Origin: Tubiluchus corallicola
Taxonomy: Eukaryota > Animalia > Priapulida
DNA: 64,000 bases
Direction of reading: 5' to 3'
NCBI GenBank assembly: GCA_030141605.1
Contig: JAQGDQ010000586.1
Span: 62,001-126,000 of the forward strand
Shown piece after piece: positions 40,272 through 53,729 of the stretch. Position 1 is the first letter of the stretch. Every line of letters begins with the position of its first letter. The translations under genes and the position numbers were made by a program. The notes beneath the pieces were generated by a model, which was given only the letters and a program-made list of their open reading frames with translations, was not told where the DNA came from and did no database searches.

Positions 40272-41773
40272 GTAAGTCGTTCGGGTTTTGCCGATGCCCT
40301 CATTCTCTACGTGCGCATTCTAGCCATTCCTAGATGTTGAACAACTACATTTCGTACGACTGCAGACAGTGCGATTATGCGCTTGCCTCGCTTTTTGAAC
40401 TCGGCGCTAGACGGCAGCCAAAATGTTACTCCGTCACCATGGCAACGCCAACTGTTGCGCACATAAGCGCTGTGAGGCCAAAAAGCACTTAGTATTATCT
40501 ACAGCAGCTTCTTCTAACAGGACAATGCAGTGCGCGCACACACACACACACACAGAGCAAGCTGAGCATTTCGGTAACCATGGTAACCCATTGTTTCAAC
40601 TAGGCTGCCTCTTGCTACAGAGTAGTGAAAACATTTGCAAAATTAGCATACGCTGCTAGGCTATTTCTTCAGCTCTTTAAAACTGCTGGCTGTTTTTCTT
40701 TCGTTTCTTCTGATAATTGCAACATTTCAGAAAAATCCGCCGTTACCCCATGAAAAATGCTCCATTTGCTGTACAAAATAGCACAAAACACTCGACAAAT
40801 TTACTCGAAATGCACAAAAAACTCAAAACAGATCTTGGTATTGGAGACTGGCAACATTTGGAGCTTGTAATTGCACTATAAGAACAGTTTACAGGCAAAA
40901 TTAATGGAAATTAACCAATTAACCGATTAATGGTAATTTTCTGTAGCATTGTTCCCAGATTTTATTAGTGTTTATCCAGCTTTCCCATTTTTTTCTCGTA
41001 GATGTTAAAAATTGCTGAAAAGTTTTGGCTGAAATAGTTAAAGTAAACCACAAATATTGTTTCTTTAACTTTTTATACCATTTGTAGCATGCTTTTCACG
41101 GCAATATGGCATATCTTTACAGCTGACGACTGTGAAGCTTTATAAAGTCTCCAGACACAACAATTTTATTCTAAAATTCATCTAACATGCTCTGTCACTG
41201 TAACGGCTGCTTCGTAGAATCCAGTTAATCGTTGGTTCTTCAAACTTTTCACATTCTATGTTCAAAAATTTCCCTCTTATTTGAACATATTCCTCTAAAG
41301 TTTCGCTCGATATGTTTATAGTCGGCAAATTCTCTCCTGTCAGTTCAGATGTGTTAGTTTGTGACGAACTACACATGTTCGACCACTCACGCATGAGCAC
41401 AGCTATAAATTTGAATTTTTACCTTAAAACTTGCCCAATTTTTGGTACAACACACTTAATATCTTGCAATAGCACTGTACTTCAATTTTCGCTTTCACAA
41501 ACACGTGCAACACGCTCGTGGAATATTTCTGCTGTTGGAAATTATGTTAGTTTGTGATGTTATCAATATAATTAATGCTCGCCCGACATTATTCAAGTTT
41601 TTGATCTATTATTTAATCATCTGAAACGCTTTTACAGCATTAATTCTTTTATCCGACTTGAAAATGGAGGAATAATATATGAAAAATCATCCTCTTTTCT
41701 TTTAACAGCATTCCTTGACTCACGCACGCAATTCAATTCCGCAGTAGGTTAACTTGTCGCGTGTGTTGAATAT

Positions 41774-42092
41774 TGTAGCAGTAAAGAGGACCTGTTAAAT
41801 TATGTTGATGAATGCTGGCATGAAGTTAAGGTGTGGTGTCATGTGATCAAGTGATTCAGAACCGAAGCATAGGCGTTGAGGCATCGAAGCTCGGCGCACG
41901 AGATATAAGCCTTGTGATGTGCCCAGCTCAGGGGATTGAGTCTGGGAGCCGAAGGAGAGCAGGCTAGATCAGGGGGCTTGGCATTACTATCTGTTACATT
42001 TATTGTGTTTGATGTTCAATAAACGTGTAGTTTTATAATCTGACTCTTCATAGTTTTGCCATCCCTAAAACACCAATAATCAGCGTCACACA
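41774..42092 (+). mobile_element. Possible solo LTR
   Basis: TG...CA bounded GC-richer block with a TATA-like GATATAAG and AATAAA. TSD not confirmed. Confidence 0.4.
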
Positions 42093-42188
42093 ACCAATAC
42101 AACGAATTTTTTTACTGTAGCCACTACGTACTATAGGTAAAGTCGTATCTCAAGCGAGGAATTTAGATCTCTCCTTTTGTTTCTTTAG

Positions 42189-42443
42189 TTATCGGAGAAA
42201 GCTAGCATGTCCGACATCACCGACTGCGTACTGGAATGCGAGGGAGGACGTAATCTCGACTGTTTGCCCCACACCTGTTGCGGGCCGCCGAAAGTCTCCA
42301 GCAAAGATAGCCCGGGCGGCGTCAGATTTCGATTAGGCAACGGCGGATCCGTTAGTTCTCTCACGCACGTCGTGTCCAGTTCGCCTGGCGGGCCGGATGA
42401 TTCCGGGGACAAAGTCAGCGCGGCGGATCCGACGATGGTATAG
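42189..42443 (+). CDS. SLC30A1: ZnT terminal coding exon 8
   Basis: TTCTTTAG|LSEKASMSDITDCVLECEGGRNLDCLPHTCCGPP...DPTMV*; contains the CxLxC...C....CCG motif of ZnT1/ZnT10 tails. Confidence 0.9.
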   Translation, partial: LSEKASMSDITDCVLECEGGRNLDCLPHTCCGPPKVSSKDSPGGVRFRLGNGGSVSSLTHVVSSSPGGPDDSGDKVSAADPTMV

Positions 42444-43233
42444 CGTTAAAACTTGTGATATGTGTAACGTTTAGCTTTGTCGTTGCTGTTGCCGTTTGTG
42501 GACGCGTAGATGTACTTGCCAGGCTTGTTGTTGCTAAAGTGCTATGTGCCAGTCTAAATCATGACAGGAAAGCAAGTCGTGCACTAGCGTAGCCTGTAGA
42601 GTAGCGACATAGTCAAAATCCACTACCTATTGTTATGAGGTTGTGTGGCGGCCATCTTGAATTCTTGATTGGCATCACACACGTGGTGTTGTAACTGGCA
42701 AATTGAAGGGGCCGTTGTCATGAGGCTCTTTTTTATCAGTAACTGATGAGCTTCTGGCTTTCCTCTTGCAAAATTCTGGTATTGTTAAGCATAGAAACTG
42801 AGCATCGCCCCACTTATGTACAACGTTCTTTGGAAGTTTCTTAAGTTTTGTATAGCCTCCGCTGTTTTTTGTAATGATGTTGTTTGATCTCCCCAAAACG
42901 CACATTCAATTAGCAGCTTACCATAAACTTGTTTTTAATTTTTTGCATTGCTTTAAACGGTTTGATTAATTTTGGAAAATTTTTTGTGGTTTTTTTTTTT
43001 TGCTTTTTTCTTTTCCAATTACTCAGTGATTTTTGTTTTGTTTCTGTGTTTCGTAAGAATTGTGTTCACGTTCTTATCAGTGAGTTTTATTACTCGTCAT
43101 CCCCTCCTCCCACGTCCAGAGAAATTCCGCTAAATTTGCGCGGGTCCTGCCTCCCAAAAGTTTCCTTTTAGTCAGATTTTGCCATGAGGTGAAATTGAAA
43201 TGACTCGTGTCAAAAACGAGAACCCGTTTAAAT

Positions 43234-43733
43234 CAGGGGTGTGCAAATTGCGGCCCTCGGGCCACTTGCGACACACCGAGAGAATTTGTGCGGCCCGCGA
43301 AGAGATTTGTCAACCTAATGAAAGTGCGGCCCAGGCGATTAATTGAGTGTATCCAGCTGAAATCCGTGCCACGATCCCAAAGATAGTGCGGGTAGTTTTT
43401 TCTGCTAGATCGGATGCCATTAACCCTTACAAGATGGTTGTAGCTTAATGTCACTGTACTACACAGACTGTGTGATACATATTACTAATATGCATTGTAT
43501 TGAAATTACCACTATCTGTCCTGAAAGTAGAAATATATGGTTTGTAATATAAATTTTAATAACTTCTAAAATAGTTTCTTGAGTGTAGTAGTAATGATGT
43601 ACGCAGGTCGAATGCAAAAAAATCGTTATTAGGCCTTTCTGTACTTGGCTCCTTGATCAAACTGCCTGTGGCCCGCAGGAATTGCGGAAAAGTTTAATGT
43701 GGCCCGGCTAGTCAGGTAATTTGCGCACCCCTG
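43234..43733. mobile_element. hAT-type MITE family A, full length
   Basis: TIRs plus a perfect 8-bp TSD GTTTAAAT. Confidence 0.92.
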
Positions 43734-43799
43734 GTTTAAATAGTGACATGTCTTGAGCTGAAACCAAATCAAAAACAAGAGGCCGCATGTTCGGTGGGG

Positions 43800-43930
43800 C
43801 CGCACACCCCATCCATACCGCACGCTCGGTGAACGTTGATTTCCGCCGCACACCCCATCCATACCGCACGCTCGGTGAACGTTGATTTCCGCCGCACACC
43901 CCATCCATACCGCACGCTCAGTGAACGTTT
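43800..43930. repeat. 46-bp tandem repeat, ~3 copies
   Basis: CGCACACCCCATCCATACCG at 43801, 43847, 43893. Confidence 0.88.
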
Positions 43931-44470
43931 TACAGAAATCAGTTGTCAGTATCTCAGTTGAAAACGCCTCGGCTAGTCCTTATTTCTGTTATCTAAAAAT
44001 CTTAATTTTATTACAGTTTTACTTAATTGTGGTGGTAAAAATGGTAGTTGGAAATTTTCACTTCATAAGTTCTCTTTTCGCCTATAGGTGGCGCCATCGT
44101 GTTTTGCAATTTACGGACACCCGCACACACATATAGCTGGGTGAAGAATGCTTAAGGTGTGTGTTCATGTCCAAAGTTGAGCAGTGTTGGGTCTAACTAA
44201 TAAACGGATGGGTAACTAAAACGAAAATTAGTACCACCCATACCATTGATTATTTACCTTGTTGTGGAAAGACATATATACATATATATATATATATATA
44301 TATTTATGACTGTATTTTGAATAACGTACAGCCACCTCCTCCTATGTTAGACAAGTGATGACTCTTAAATTTAAATTCCTTTAAATTTGGATGCATTCCA
44401 CTGTACACCTTGCCAAACATAAATGGTACGATGGTTTTTAAGTTCGGAGAGTTTTTCCTGGGTTTGGTTG

Positions 44471-45575
44471 TACTGAAAGTCCTCGCTTAACGATGCCTCC
44501 GTTAACAATGTTTCCATAAATGACCCATTTTGCTAGAACGTGTTAGCGCCTCGCTTAACGATGCCTCCGTTAACAACGTTTCCATAAATGACCCATTTTG
44601 CTAGAACGTGTTAGCGCCTCGCTTAACGATGCCTCCGTTAACAACGTTTCCATAAATGACCCATTTTGCTAGAACGTGTTAGCGCCTCGCTTAACGATGC
44701 CGCCTTTAACAATGTTTCCATAAATGACCCATTTTGCTAGAACGTGTTAGCGCCTCGCTTAACGATGCCTCCTTTAACAACGTTTCCATAAATGACCCAT
44801 TTTGCTAGAACGTGTTAGCGCCTCGCTTAACGACGCCTCCTTTAACAATGTTTCCATAAATGACCCATTTTGCTAGAACGTGTTAGCGCCTCGCTTAACG
44901 ATGCCTCCTTTAACAACGTTTCCATAAATGACCCATTTTGCTAAAACGTGTTAGCACCTCGCTTAACGACGCCTCCTTTAACAATGTTTCCATAAATGAC
45001 CCATTTTGCTAAAACGTGTTAGCGCCTCGCTTAACGACGCCTCCTTTAACAATGTTTCCATAAATGACCCATTTTGCTAGAACGTGTTAGCGCCTCGCTT
45101 AACGATGCCTCCTTTAACAATGTTTCCATAAATGACCCATTTTGCTAGAATGCGTTAGCGCCTCGCTTAACGAAGCATCGTTCAACAACGTTTCCATAAA
45201 TGACCCATTTTGCTAGAACGTGTTAGCGCCTCGCTTAACGATGCCTCCTTTAACAATGTTTCCATAAATGACCCATTTTGCTAGAACGTGTTAGCGCCTC
45301 GCTTAACGACGCCTCCTTTAACAACGTTTCCATTAATGACCCATTTTGCTAGAACGTGTTAGCGCCTCTCTTAACGACGCCTCCTTTAACAATGTTTCCA
45401 TAAATGACCCATTTTGCTAGAACGTGTTAGCGCCTCGCTTAACGACGCCTCCTTTAACAATGTTTCCATAAATGACCCATTTTGCTAGAACACATTATCG
45501 CCTCGCATAACGATGCATCGTTCAACAACGTTTCCATTTTGCCGGAACGCGTTAGCATCGTTAAGCATGGACTTA
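44471..45575. repeat. 68-bp minisatellite x16 inside a pogo/Tigger-like MITE
   Basis: CCTCGCTTAACGA every 68 bp from 44481 to 45501. The array is closed by an inverted copy, GCATCGTTAAGCATGGACTT. Confidence 0.93.
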
Positions 45576-48519
45576 TGACACATTGCAAAAGTAAGCATAA
45601 ATTAGGCGTGTATTCCAAGTCTGTAGGTGTGTAATCTTACTGTAATTTATAACAGTATTTATACAATACCGTAGTATTGTTTTTTTTATGTATTTTATAA
45701 CTTCTGTATTATACTGTATTTGTTTCAATCATATTGCACCTTAGTGTTAGACTAAAATATGCTATAATTGTGATAAAATCGATACTTTGCTTAACCTCAG
45801 TATTGTATTTAATTTTGTCATCGAAGACGATTAATACCATACAGTAGTTTCGACTTCCGTACAATCCGTTCAACTTGGTTTTCTCGGTGAGACCAAACTG
45901 AACGTCGCTGTACCGGTAGTTTCATCAAACGAGCGTAATTACTGACCGTCGGTCAGCACTCTGCTTTTGTAGTATATTTTGTTAATAAACACATTACTGT
46001 TTTTGTTTATAAGACTTGCTTTCATGATTTCGCTGTCCGGTTTTGGTGGTGGGCGGGGAGAGTTTTCGTGGGCGTGTGTGCGCCATCGTTTCTGTGTAGA
46101 GATCATCGATCGTTTGCTGTTCCAGGTAAGTCACGGACCGTACTGATATGCGTTAATTACGATCAAACCTCCTTATACCGCCTGCTTTGGGACTGAAAAA
46201 AATGAAGGGAGATAGGCATCATAACGAGGTGCATTAATGCACACGTGCCTATGCAAATATAGACGCTTTATTTTTCTAAAAACATGGGTGCTAAGCAAGG
46301 TTGGCATTAAAAAATGAGGCGTTAAAACGAGGTTTGACCGTGTGTATGTCCATTTTAGCATGTGTATCTATTTCACCATCAGTAGCATTATCTCATCCTA
46401 TCAGTAGCATTTCTGATGTCTGTGAATTTCTGTTTTAATAAACGAAATGTATGTTTGCGTTTCGCTCAAAGGATAGAATGCCTGCGAAAAGTTGTTTTCG
46501 GATAATAAAACAGGTTTATTTTTCGATTGTTATATGCAAAAATATTCTAGTTATGAAATAAGTATTGATTCAGTGAGATTCGTTTTACATTTTTAGAAGT
46601 TCAGTGCATTTCCAGGTATCTATAGATTGTGTATTCATGACCAAAATGTCTCTTCGATCAATTTGTTTCTGATAAATGTAATTAGCGTATCTAAATTTAT
46701 TTACAAAACTGTTCCGTGTGTTGGTATAACGTGTCTCACTTTCACTTGCAGCATAACGGATATCGACTTTTTGGGAGGCAGAGGGTGGACAGCAGCACGC
46801 TATTCATCGTCACTGAGTGGATGTAATAGTTGTGATATTTTGGGAGATAGAAGCTCACCAATGCTCCACATTCGTAATCAGTAATGGCCAGTAGTAACTG
46901 TGAGGTAGTTGTAGATCCTCAAATGATACAGCATTTATAATCATTGATTGGTTGGGACGGTTGCACGTGATTGGCTAGGATACTTGTCTGGTTGCTCGTG
47001 ATTGGCTAGGATAGTTGTGTGTTTGCGTGTTATTGGCTAATGCGTTCCAGCAAAACGAAGCCAAGACTTCCATAGGAAGTAAAGTAGTTTATGAATTTCT
47101 TTCTACTTGCCTGAAGCCACCTGCATATCTTGCTTACCTAGCTAGCAGTTTCTCTTTCATTAACATTTAAGTGTAAGCAGCGATTAAACAATAAACACTT
47201 TTGTTTAGAAACATTTTCCAATCATCTCGTAAAGAATTGCAGTTGTTCTGCAGTAAATGCTAATGTTTGTCTAAAAATTGTGCACAGAAATCACAGCTAA
47301 ATTATGCTGTTTCAAACCTTTTAATGGCAAAGTATTTGAAGCGTTGAATTATTCGAATCTATAATTTTTGGTTTGAATTGAATTCAAATTAAAAAAAGCT
47401 CGTTCGAATCGAAAACTCGAACGTTCGATGCTCACCCTTAATAATAAGCAGATAGTTCACCCTTAATAATAAGCAGATAATTGAGTATAGAACTGTAGCG
47501 CTGTTACATTTGGATATGTAGAAGAGCGGAGTTCTGCTGTTTAGTAAACTAGGTTGTTTTCCAAGTGTCAAGCTTGGCTTTTTGCAATGCGAAAAACGGT
47601 CAAAAAAGCGCGTTTTTTGGAGGTTTTTTGCCCCCCTCCATTCCTCCCAGTGGACCCGATTTGAAAAATAAACCCCCAGGTGCGAACCTATGGGTGAAGA
47701 CCTTTCGTTTGACCATGTAGATCGTCGAAAATGGTGCCGTCGTCGGAGGTGTAGCCTCGTTGGTTACATATGCATATACCACCGGAATTAATATATACGA
47801 TTGTCTAATGGGAAAATGTAGTCTATATATACAGGGTAATCTTGGCCAGTTTGAATAAAATTTGTTTTAATTAACATGGACCGTTTGTTACGATTTGACG
47901 CAAACGTGTAAATCTGTGCAAGCTTTTGAATGTTAAATTTTATTTTTAGTACTTTTGTGTGTATATTACTTGTACAGTACGATCGTGATTTATAAACACA
48001 ATGCCACTGTGTGCTATAATCATGTGGTTTTTGAGTTTTTCTCGAGTTCAGGGCTTGTGTGTAGGCTAAAGTGGCCAAAATGGCACGAGTTTCTGTTCTT
48101 TGCCTCGCAATGGAGACTAAAATTCTCCGTTACGCAAGTACAATTCTGAAATGAAAACTTTACATAAAATTAATCCAACACATCTGTACCACAACCATAT
48201 GAGTACAGACTAGTTTAGCTTTCATGCGAGAATTATGAATACGAAGACAATGTACAGCATCCTATATCGTACAAAAAAATTAACCGTTTATTTCATAACA
48301 TCCTTCATTATGTACATAATAATAACCAATACTTTTTGCCATATTATTTCATCGTAAACAATTTATATTAGAAACTATTTGTATTTATACATGTTATGAA
48401 TATTGCACAAATCGATCGTACGCAACCCTGCGTACAAACTAACACTGATGAAAAAACTTAATCACATTCGAAGCGCAACTAAAACCAGAACTAAAACTTG
48501 GAAACAATCAAATAAAAGA

Positions 48520-48950
48520 AGCGATAACAAACAATAATAAATGCTAAAGACAACAGTAATCATGCTCACGCTTTTGGGAAAAACCTAGCAAGTCCATTTT
48601 TGGACAATTATTGGTATCAGGCATTCTTAGTAACATGCTGCATTTTATAATACAATAATAAACGCTAAAGTCACCAGTAATTGTGTTCCCGCTTTCGGGA
48701 AAAACCTAGCAAGTCCATTTTTGGACAAAATTGAGTTATTGGTATCAGGCATTCTTAGTAACATGCTGCATTTTATAATACAATAATAAACGCTAAAATC
48801 ACCAGTAATCGTGCTCCCACTGTCTGGAAAAAGGGCATTCTTAGTAACATGCTACATTTTATCATACAATAATAAACGCTAAAGTCACCAGTAATCGTGC
48901 TCCCGTTTTCAGGAAAAAGGGCATTCTTAGTAACATGCTACATTTTATCA
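48520..48950. repeat. Complex tandem duplications downstream of the LIN9 stop
   Basis: GGCATTCTTAGTAACATGCT x4 with ACAATAATAAACGCTAAA units. Confidence 0.8.
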
Positions 48951-49439
48951 TTAAATGATTTATAATAACAATAATTTCGTTTAGGACGTACACATAGTCC
49001 AAGGATAACACCTCCAGTAACGTACTTATTTCCAAGGTGATTCCGGTTATTATTACCTGCACATTACTTCAATAAACCAGCGAGCTTGATTGAAAAATCA
49101 GCAGTACCATTTTTCAAGTCTTTAGTATGACTCGGTCTAGAGTTGAACCCACGACCTTACGGGCGATAAACGAGAAAACTTTATTTGATCATTCAAAGCC
49201 ATTTCAGACAAACTAAAAAAACCTAGTAAAACCTTTTTAGGCAAACAAAAAACTTTTTAAAACTAGCTGGAGCAGACTTAACTAGGTTTTTCCAAGAAAC
49301 GTGAGAAATGCGACTAAAACGAGGCATTTTCTAACCATCTTTTCAATAAGATCCACCACAGTTATCAGAAGGTCTTGAAAACGACTACCAGAGAATGGTG
49401 CAATTTTCTCCAATCTACGTTGCCGTTATCACCCGTTCG

Positions 49440-49530
49440 TTAGGTAACGGAAAAGGCGTGAAGGTTGCCAAGTCTGCTGAGTCCACTCTGAATGTGGTTG
49501 ACGTGAATCTCCACATAATTTTGAAATATT
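49440..49530 (-). CDS. LIN9: LIN9 terminal exon
   Basis: IFQNYVEIHVNHIQSGLSRLGNLHAFSVT*; matches the conserved LIN9 C-terminus FQNNVEIHVAHIQSGL. Confidence 0.93.
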
Positions 49531-50144
49531 CTGCAAGAGGAAGTATTGAAATTGATTCTTATGCATTCGTAAAGCAAAACCGGACCCCAATTGTAAACTG
49601 TAGGTCAAAACAATTTACTCTTTAGGAAACATACTATTACCATACATCACGTTCAAATATCTCAACAAGATAAATAATTAGACACGGTGTGGAATATCAG
49701 ACAGATTTCTCCCGAATGAGTTTCCTGGAAGACACCCACACAGTTTCTGCTTGATCCAGTGTTGCTCAATACCACCGCATCACAGCCTGGACACTTTTAA
49801 TCAAGAAATGGGCATAGAAATAATCTCTTCAATCCAAAACATACTGCTAATGGCTAAACAATACTTAAAGGGAAACTGAACCCATCTTAAACTATAGCTC
49901 AAAACATTCTACCCCATTGAAGGGGAAAAGTTTTTCAGGAATAACTTACATGAAAGAATTATTACCACACAAACACAATTTCACATTCGTGCCGCTAGTT
50001 CTTCGCCTTTACATGCATTTCACCATTTGCTAGTTACCCGCGCACTAGCGCCTGCATTTCAAAAACGTGTTGCACAGAAACAGGTGCTGTACCTCTCAGT
50101 TCAGATGTGTTAGTTTCTTACGAACTGCACACGTTCGACAGCTA

Positions 50145-50728
50145 AAGCTATTTCCCATTGCCTGTTCACCAATCCATTTACTAAAGTGGGTCCTGTACTG
50201 CTTAACTTAGTAGCCAAGCATACCAAGACAGCTCAAGCTATTTCCCCTTGCCTAAAATCTAAGAGGAGATACAGTGCTGGTCACCAATCCATTTACTAAA
50301 CTGGGTCCTGTACTGCTTAACTTAGTAACCAAGCATACCAAGACAGCTCAAGCTATTTCCCATTGCCTGTTCACCAATCCATTTACTAAACTGGGTCCTG
50401 TGCAGCTTAACTTAGTAACCAAGCACACCAAGACAGCTCAAGCTATTTCCCATTGCCTGTTCACCAATCCATTTACTAAACTGGGTCCTGTACTGCTTAA
50501 CTTAGTAACCAAGCACACCAAGACAGCTCAAGCTATTTCCCATTGCCTGTTCACCAATCCATTTACTAAAGTGGGTCCTGTGCAGCTTAACTTAGTAACC
50601 AAGAACACCAAGACAGCTCAAGCTATTTCCCCTTGCCTGTTCACCAATCCATTTACTAAAGTGGGTCCTGTACTGCTTAACTTAGTAACCAAGCACACCA
50701 TGGCCCCTCAAGCTATTTCCCCTTGCCC
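50145..50728. repeat. 90-bp minisatellite, ~6 copies, starting ~15 nt into the last LIN9 intron
   Basis: TCACCAATCCATTTACTAAA at 50281, 50371, 50461, 50551, 50641, plus an offset copy at ~50166. Confidence 0.93.
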
Positions 50729-50743
50729 TAACACCACACTTAC

Positions 50744-50838
50744 CGTTGATTTGGAGGTTCTAACGTTGTTTTGATGTCTTCCATGGCGTCGGACAGTGAC
50801 TTAAAATCAAACGAGGTCAGTTCGTTCTGTGACAGTGA
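50744..50838 (-). CDS. LIN9: LIN9 exon
   Basis: TTGTAG|SLSQNELTSFDFKSLSDAMEDIKTTLEPPNQ(R)|GTAAGT; phase 0 to 2. Confidence 0.92.
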
Positions 50839-51839
50839 CTACAATAACAAAAAATACAAAATACTAAAACTTTCATTTCCTAAAACTTTATACCGGTATG
50901 TCCTAATTTTGTCGTATTTCCAACAAATATTTTAAAATGTTAAAATTATTAAAGATATAATTTTAAAATTAGCTCAAGAAAAATACTTTTTATAAATTAA
51001 GCTGAATAAAATGTTCCTTGTGAAATTTTATATCACACGCTGTCTTACTGCTTACAGGGCTTGTCTGGGCAGTAAAGCTGTACAAAACTTGTAAACTTTT
51101 TACCATTTGGCACAATATATTTTAAATTATTATGCATTTTCTTTTCCGATTGTATAAGCTGTGAGGATTTTTCCTGAAATTCAAACACCAGGTGGCAGTA
51201 GTATACGGCAGGTGTGAGCGTAGACACTAAAGTGGCAAGGCTTAATGTGTGAACTGAGACGCTCATTTTTGTTACTGTGTTTGCCAAATATTTGTATTTT
51301 TTCTTTGTCTTGTCTTAGTGCTACACTTATTTCAGCTAACTATATGCTGCTATGATGTGAGTAATTAAGAAAATTACACCACCCTTTTTTGAACTTCCAA
51401 ATTTGCATTCACACGTCAGAAAACGTGCTATAATACTTTAGCTTACAATTTTACTATTTAATCACCTATGTATTTTGCATTTGAGTATTTTTTGCTATCA
51501 GAATATTTTGTTTCGACTTATTAGGCTCAAACTTTATGTCTGTTTTTCTCAATTTAACCCCTATAGGGTCACCGGTGGGGTAAAAAATTACCCCCAGACC
51601 GGTTTTTTGCATTTTAGCCTTTTAACATACGCATCCCAGTAAACCTTTTCTATGACTTTTATAAATATGTTTTGTGCACAAAATACTTTCAGTTATTTAT
51701 TTTAGGCGCATTGTCTCACCACGAAATAAAAGTGAAAATGCAATATGTCGATTTTTTAAAATTGTCGAAAAGGTAAATCTTACCTGTATCTGTAGCATCA
51801 GCGATATAAGATGACTGATCAAGCCAAGGTAAATCTTAC

Positions 51840-52013
51840 CTGTATCTGCAGCATCAGTGATGTAAGATGACTGATCAAACCTCGGACGTTCCTGTTTTTC
51901 ACAGTAAATTCGTGGTTAATCTGAGCAACTATGCCGTCAGCTTCACCGCTGCAATGCTCCTTCACAGCAATGGGATGTCTGACCGGTTCCTCAAGGCCGT
52001 ACTCCGGTGCTAG
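51840..52013 (-). CDS. LIN9: LIN9 exon
   Basis: TTACAG|LAPEYGLEEPVRHPIAVKEHC...GLISHLTSLMLQIQ|GTAAGA; 58 codons. Confidence 0.9.
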
Positions 52014-52083
52014 CTGTAAGAATTAAATCAGATCACCATTATAATCTAAATGAATAAACAACCCGAGTTAATAGGTGCTAGAA

Positions 52084-52350
52084 GGCCCAGTGGTCGAGTG
52101 GTACAGCGCTCGGCTGCCAACCATCCAGGCTCTGGGTTCAAATCTCACTCATATCAGAGTTTTCCAGCCATGTTCCACTGAAGCAGGACTTTATGGTCAC
52201 TTTCCTTGGAGTACTCAGGCTCGATTAACTAACTAAAGTACTCAGGCTTGATTAACTATCTAATCATGAATTGTGGGTAGAAAAGCAGCCAATCAAAGAG
52301 CTAGCCACTTGTTGTTGTGCACAGGGTTCGTAAATAGATGGCAGCACCAT
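52084..52350 (+). mobile_element. tRNA-derived SINE-like element
   Basis: A box TGGTCGAGTGG and B box GGTTCAAATC; no acceptor-stem pairing. Confidence 0.55.
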
Positions 52351-52664
52351 CTATTTCCCAATTTCCCATTGTTCTAAAATACTAATCTAATCCACTTGGT
52401 TCAGAATCGACCTTGTATACAAACATTTATGTTTCGCACGGAATAAGCAAATATTTTTATTACGTTCAGGTACACAAAGCTCTCAAATCACATCTAGTGT
52501 CATCAAGCCAAAATTTTGCCCTTTTATTAATGTTCATAAGCATTGCTGAAGAACACAAACGGAAGAGCATTGCTGTAAGACATTATTGCGCACTTAACAT
52601 CAAATGCAGACAGAATTGGTTGCATTGTTATACATAGTAATGCAATGTTAAGCAAATACACATA

Positions 52665-52981
52665 CAGTCAACCCTCGTTAAACCAGACTAATTTCCCGGT
52701 TTAGCTGATTGTCCGATTTATCAGATATACCTATAAATGGTGTATATTATGCAGGAATAATCACCTTAATAAGGCCTATATACATTGCACTATATACTAT
52801 ACTGTATATTACTTTAAAATAGTTAACCTGTGAGGATAAAGAAATTATTGTACAGTTGGTAGGCCGTGTTGTGTTCAGCGCTCGGGCTCGGACGGAAATC
52901 GGTCAGTTTCCATTACCACGGATGACGTCCGTCTTATCTGATATCCAGGCTAACAGGGTCCGGTTTAACGAGGGTTGACTG
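52665..52981. mobile_element. pogo/Tigger-like MITE
   Basis: TA|CAGTCAACCCTCGTTAAACC...GGTTTAACGAGGGTTGACTG|TA. Confidence 0.88.
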
Positions 52982-53199
52982 TACAATTTTAACACGCCAT
53001 GGAATTTGTCAAATCAAACCTCGTTATAATGCCAACCTTGCTTAATGTCCATATTTTTGGAAAAATAAAATATCTATCTTTGCATAGACATGAACATATT
53101 AATGCACCTCGTTACGACGCCAAACTTTCTTAATGCCTGCCAAATATTTTCAGTCCCAAAGTAGGCAGTATAAGGTCTTTTAACTGTATTTATAAGTTT

Positions 53200-53659
53200 C
53201 AGGGATGAAAATTTTCTGCGGATACGCGGAATTCCGAGTTTTTGGAAGACCAATAGTGCCATTTTTGTAAATCGCGTGAATTCGTTGAGAAAATTTTTAC
53301 GGACCCAGTACATTATTTCACAAGCTGATCGCTAGTTGGCAGGCCGTCACTTTGTTTACATCACGTACATCAGTGTAACCACATGTATATCTCTATGTAT
53401 AAAAATATAGAATCAATTGTGCGGAGTTATTTGAGTCAATTGCAGACAGCTTTTATATACTTTTGCATAGGAGCGGCACGTACTTAGGCGTTTTTGAGAC
53501 AATTAGGTATCATGTATCCTTGATAGTTGAGTATTTTAAATTATGCATGAAACAAGGTAACTGATATTTTAAGTCAACTTAGAGGCTCTCTATGGTCTAC
53601 TCGGCCCCAAACCCCCGGCCTATTTCAGAGTATTTTGCAATTTGTCATTCTCATCCCTG
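53200..53659. mobile_element. hAT-type MITE family F
   Basis: CAGGGATGA...TCATCCCTG; near-identical to 39513-40015. Confidence 0.82.
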
Positions 53660-53729
53660 AAGTTTAAGAGTATGGTTGGAACGATGCAACTTCTGTGTGA
53701 TGTACAAACAAGCATTACTGGCAGACAGC

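Noticed and set aside
50274-50774. 166-aa repeat ORF (also the ORFs at 32821-33389 and 35231-35669)
   Set aside because: Translations of intronic minisatellites with no splice or homology support.
52084-52155. tRNA-Gly(GCC) gene
   Set aside because: A and B boxes are present but the acceptor stem cannot pair and a SINE-like body follows.
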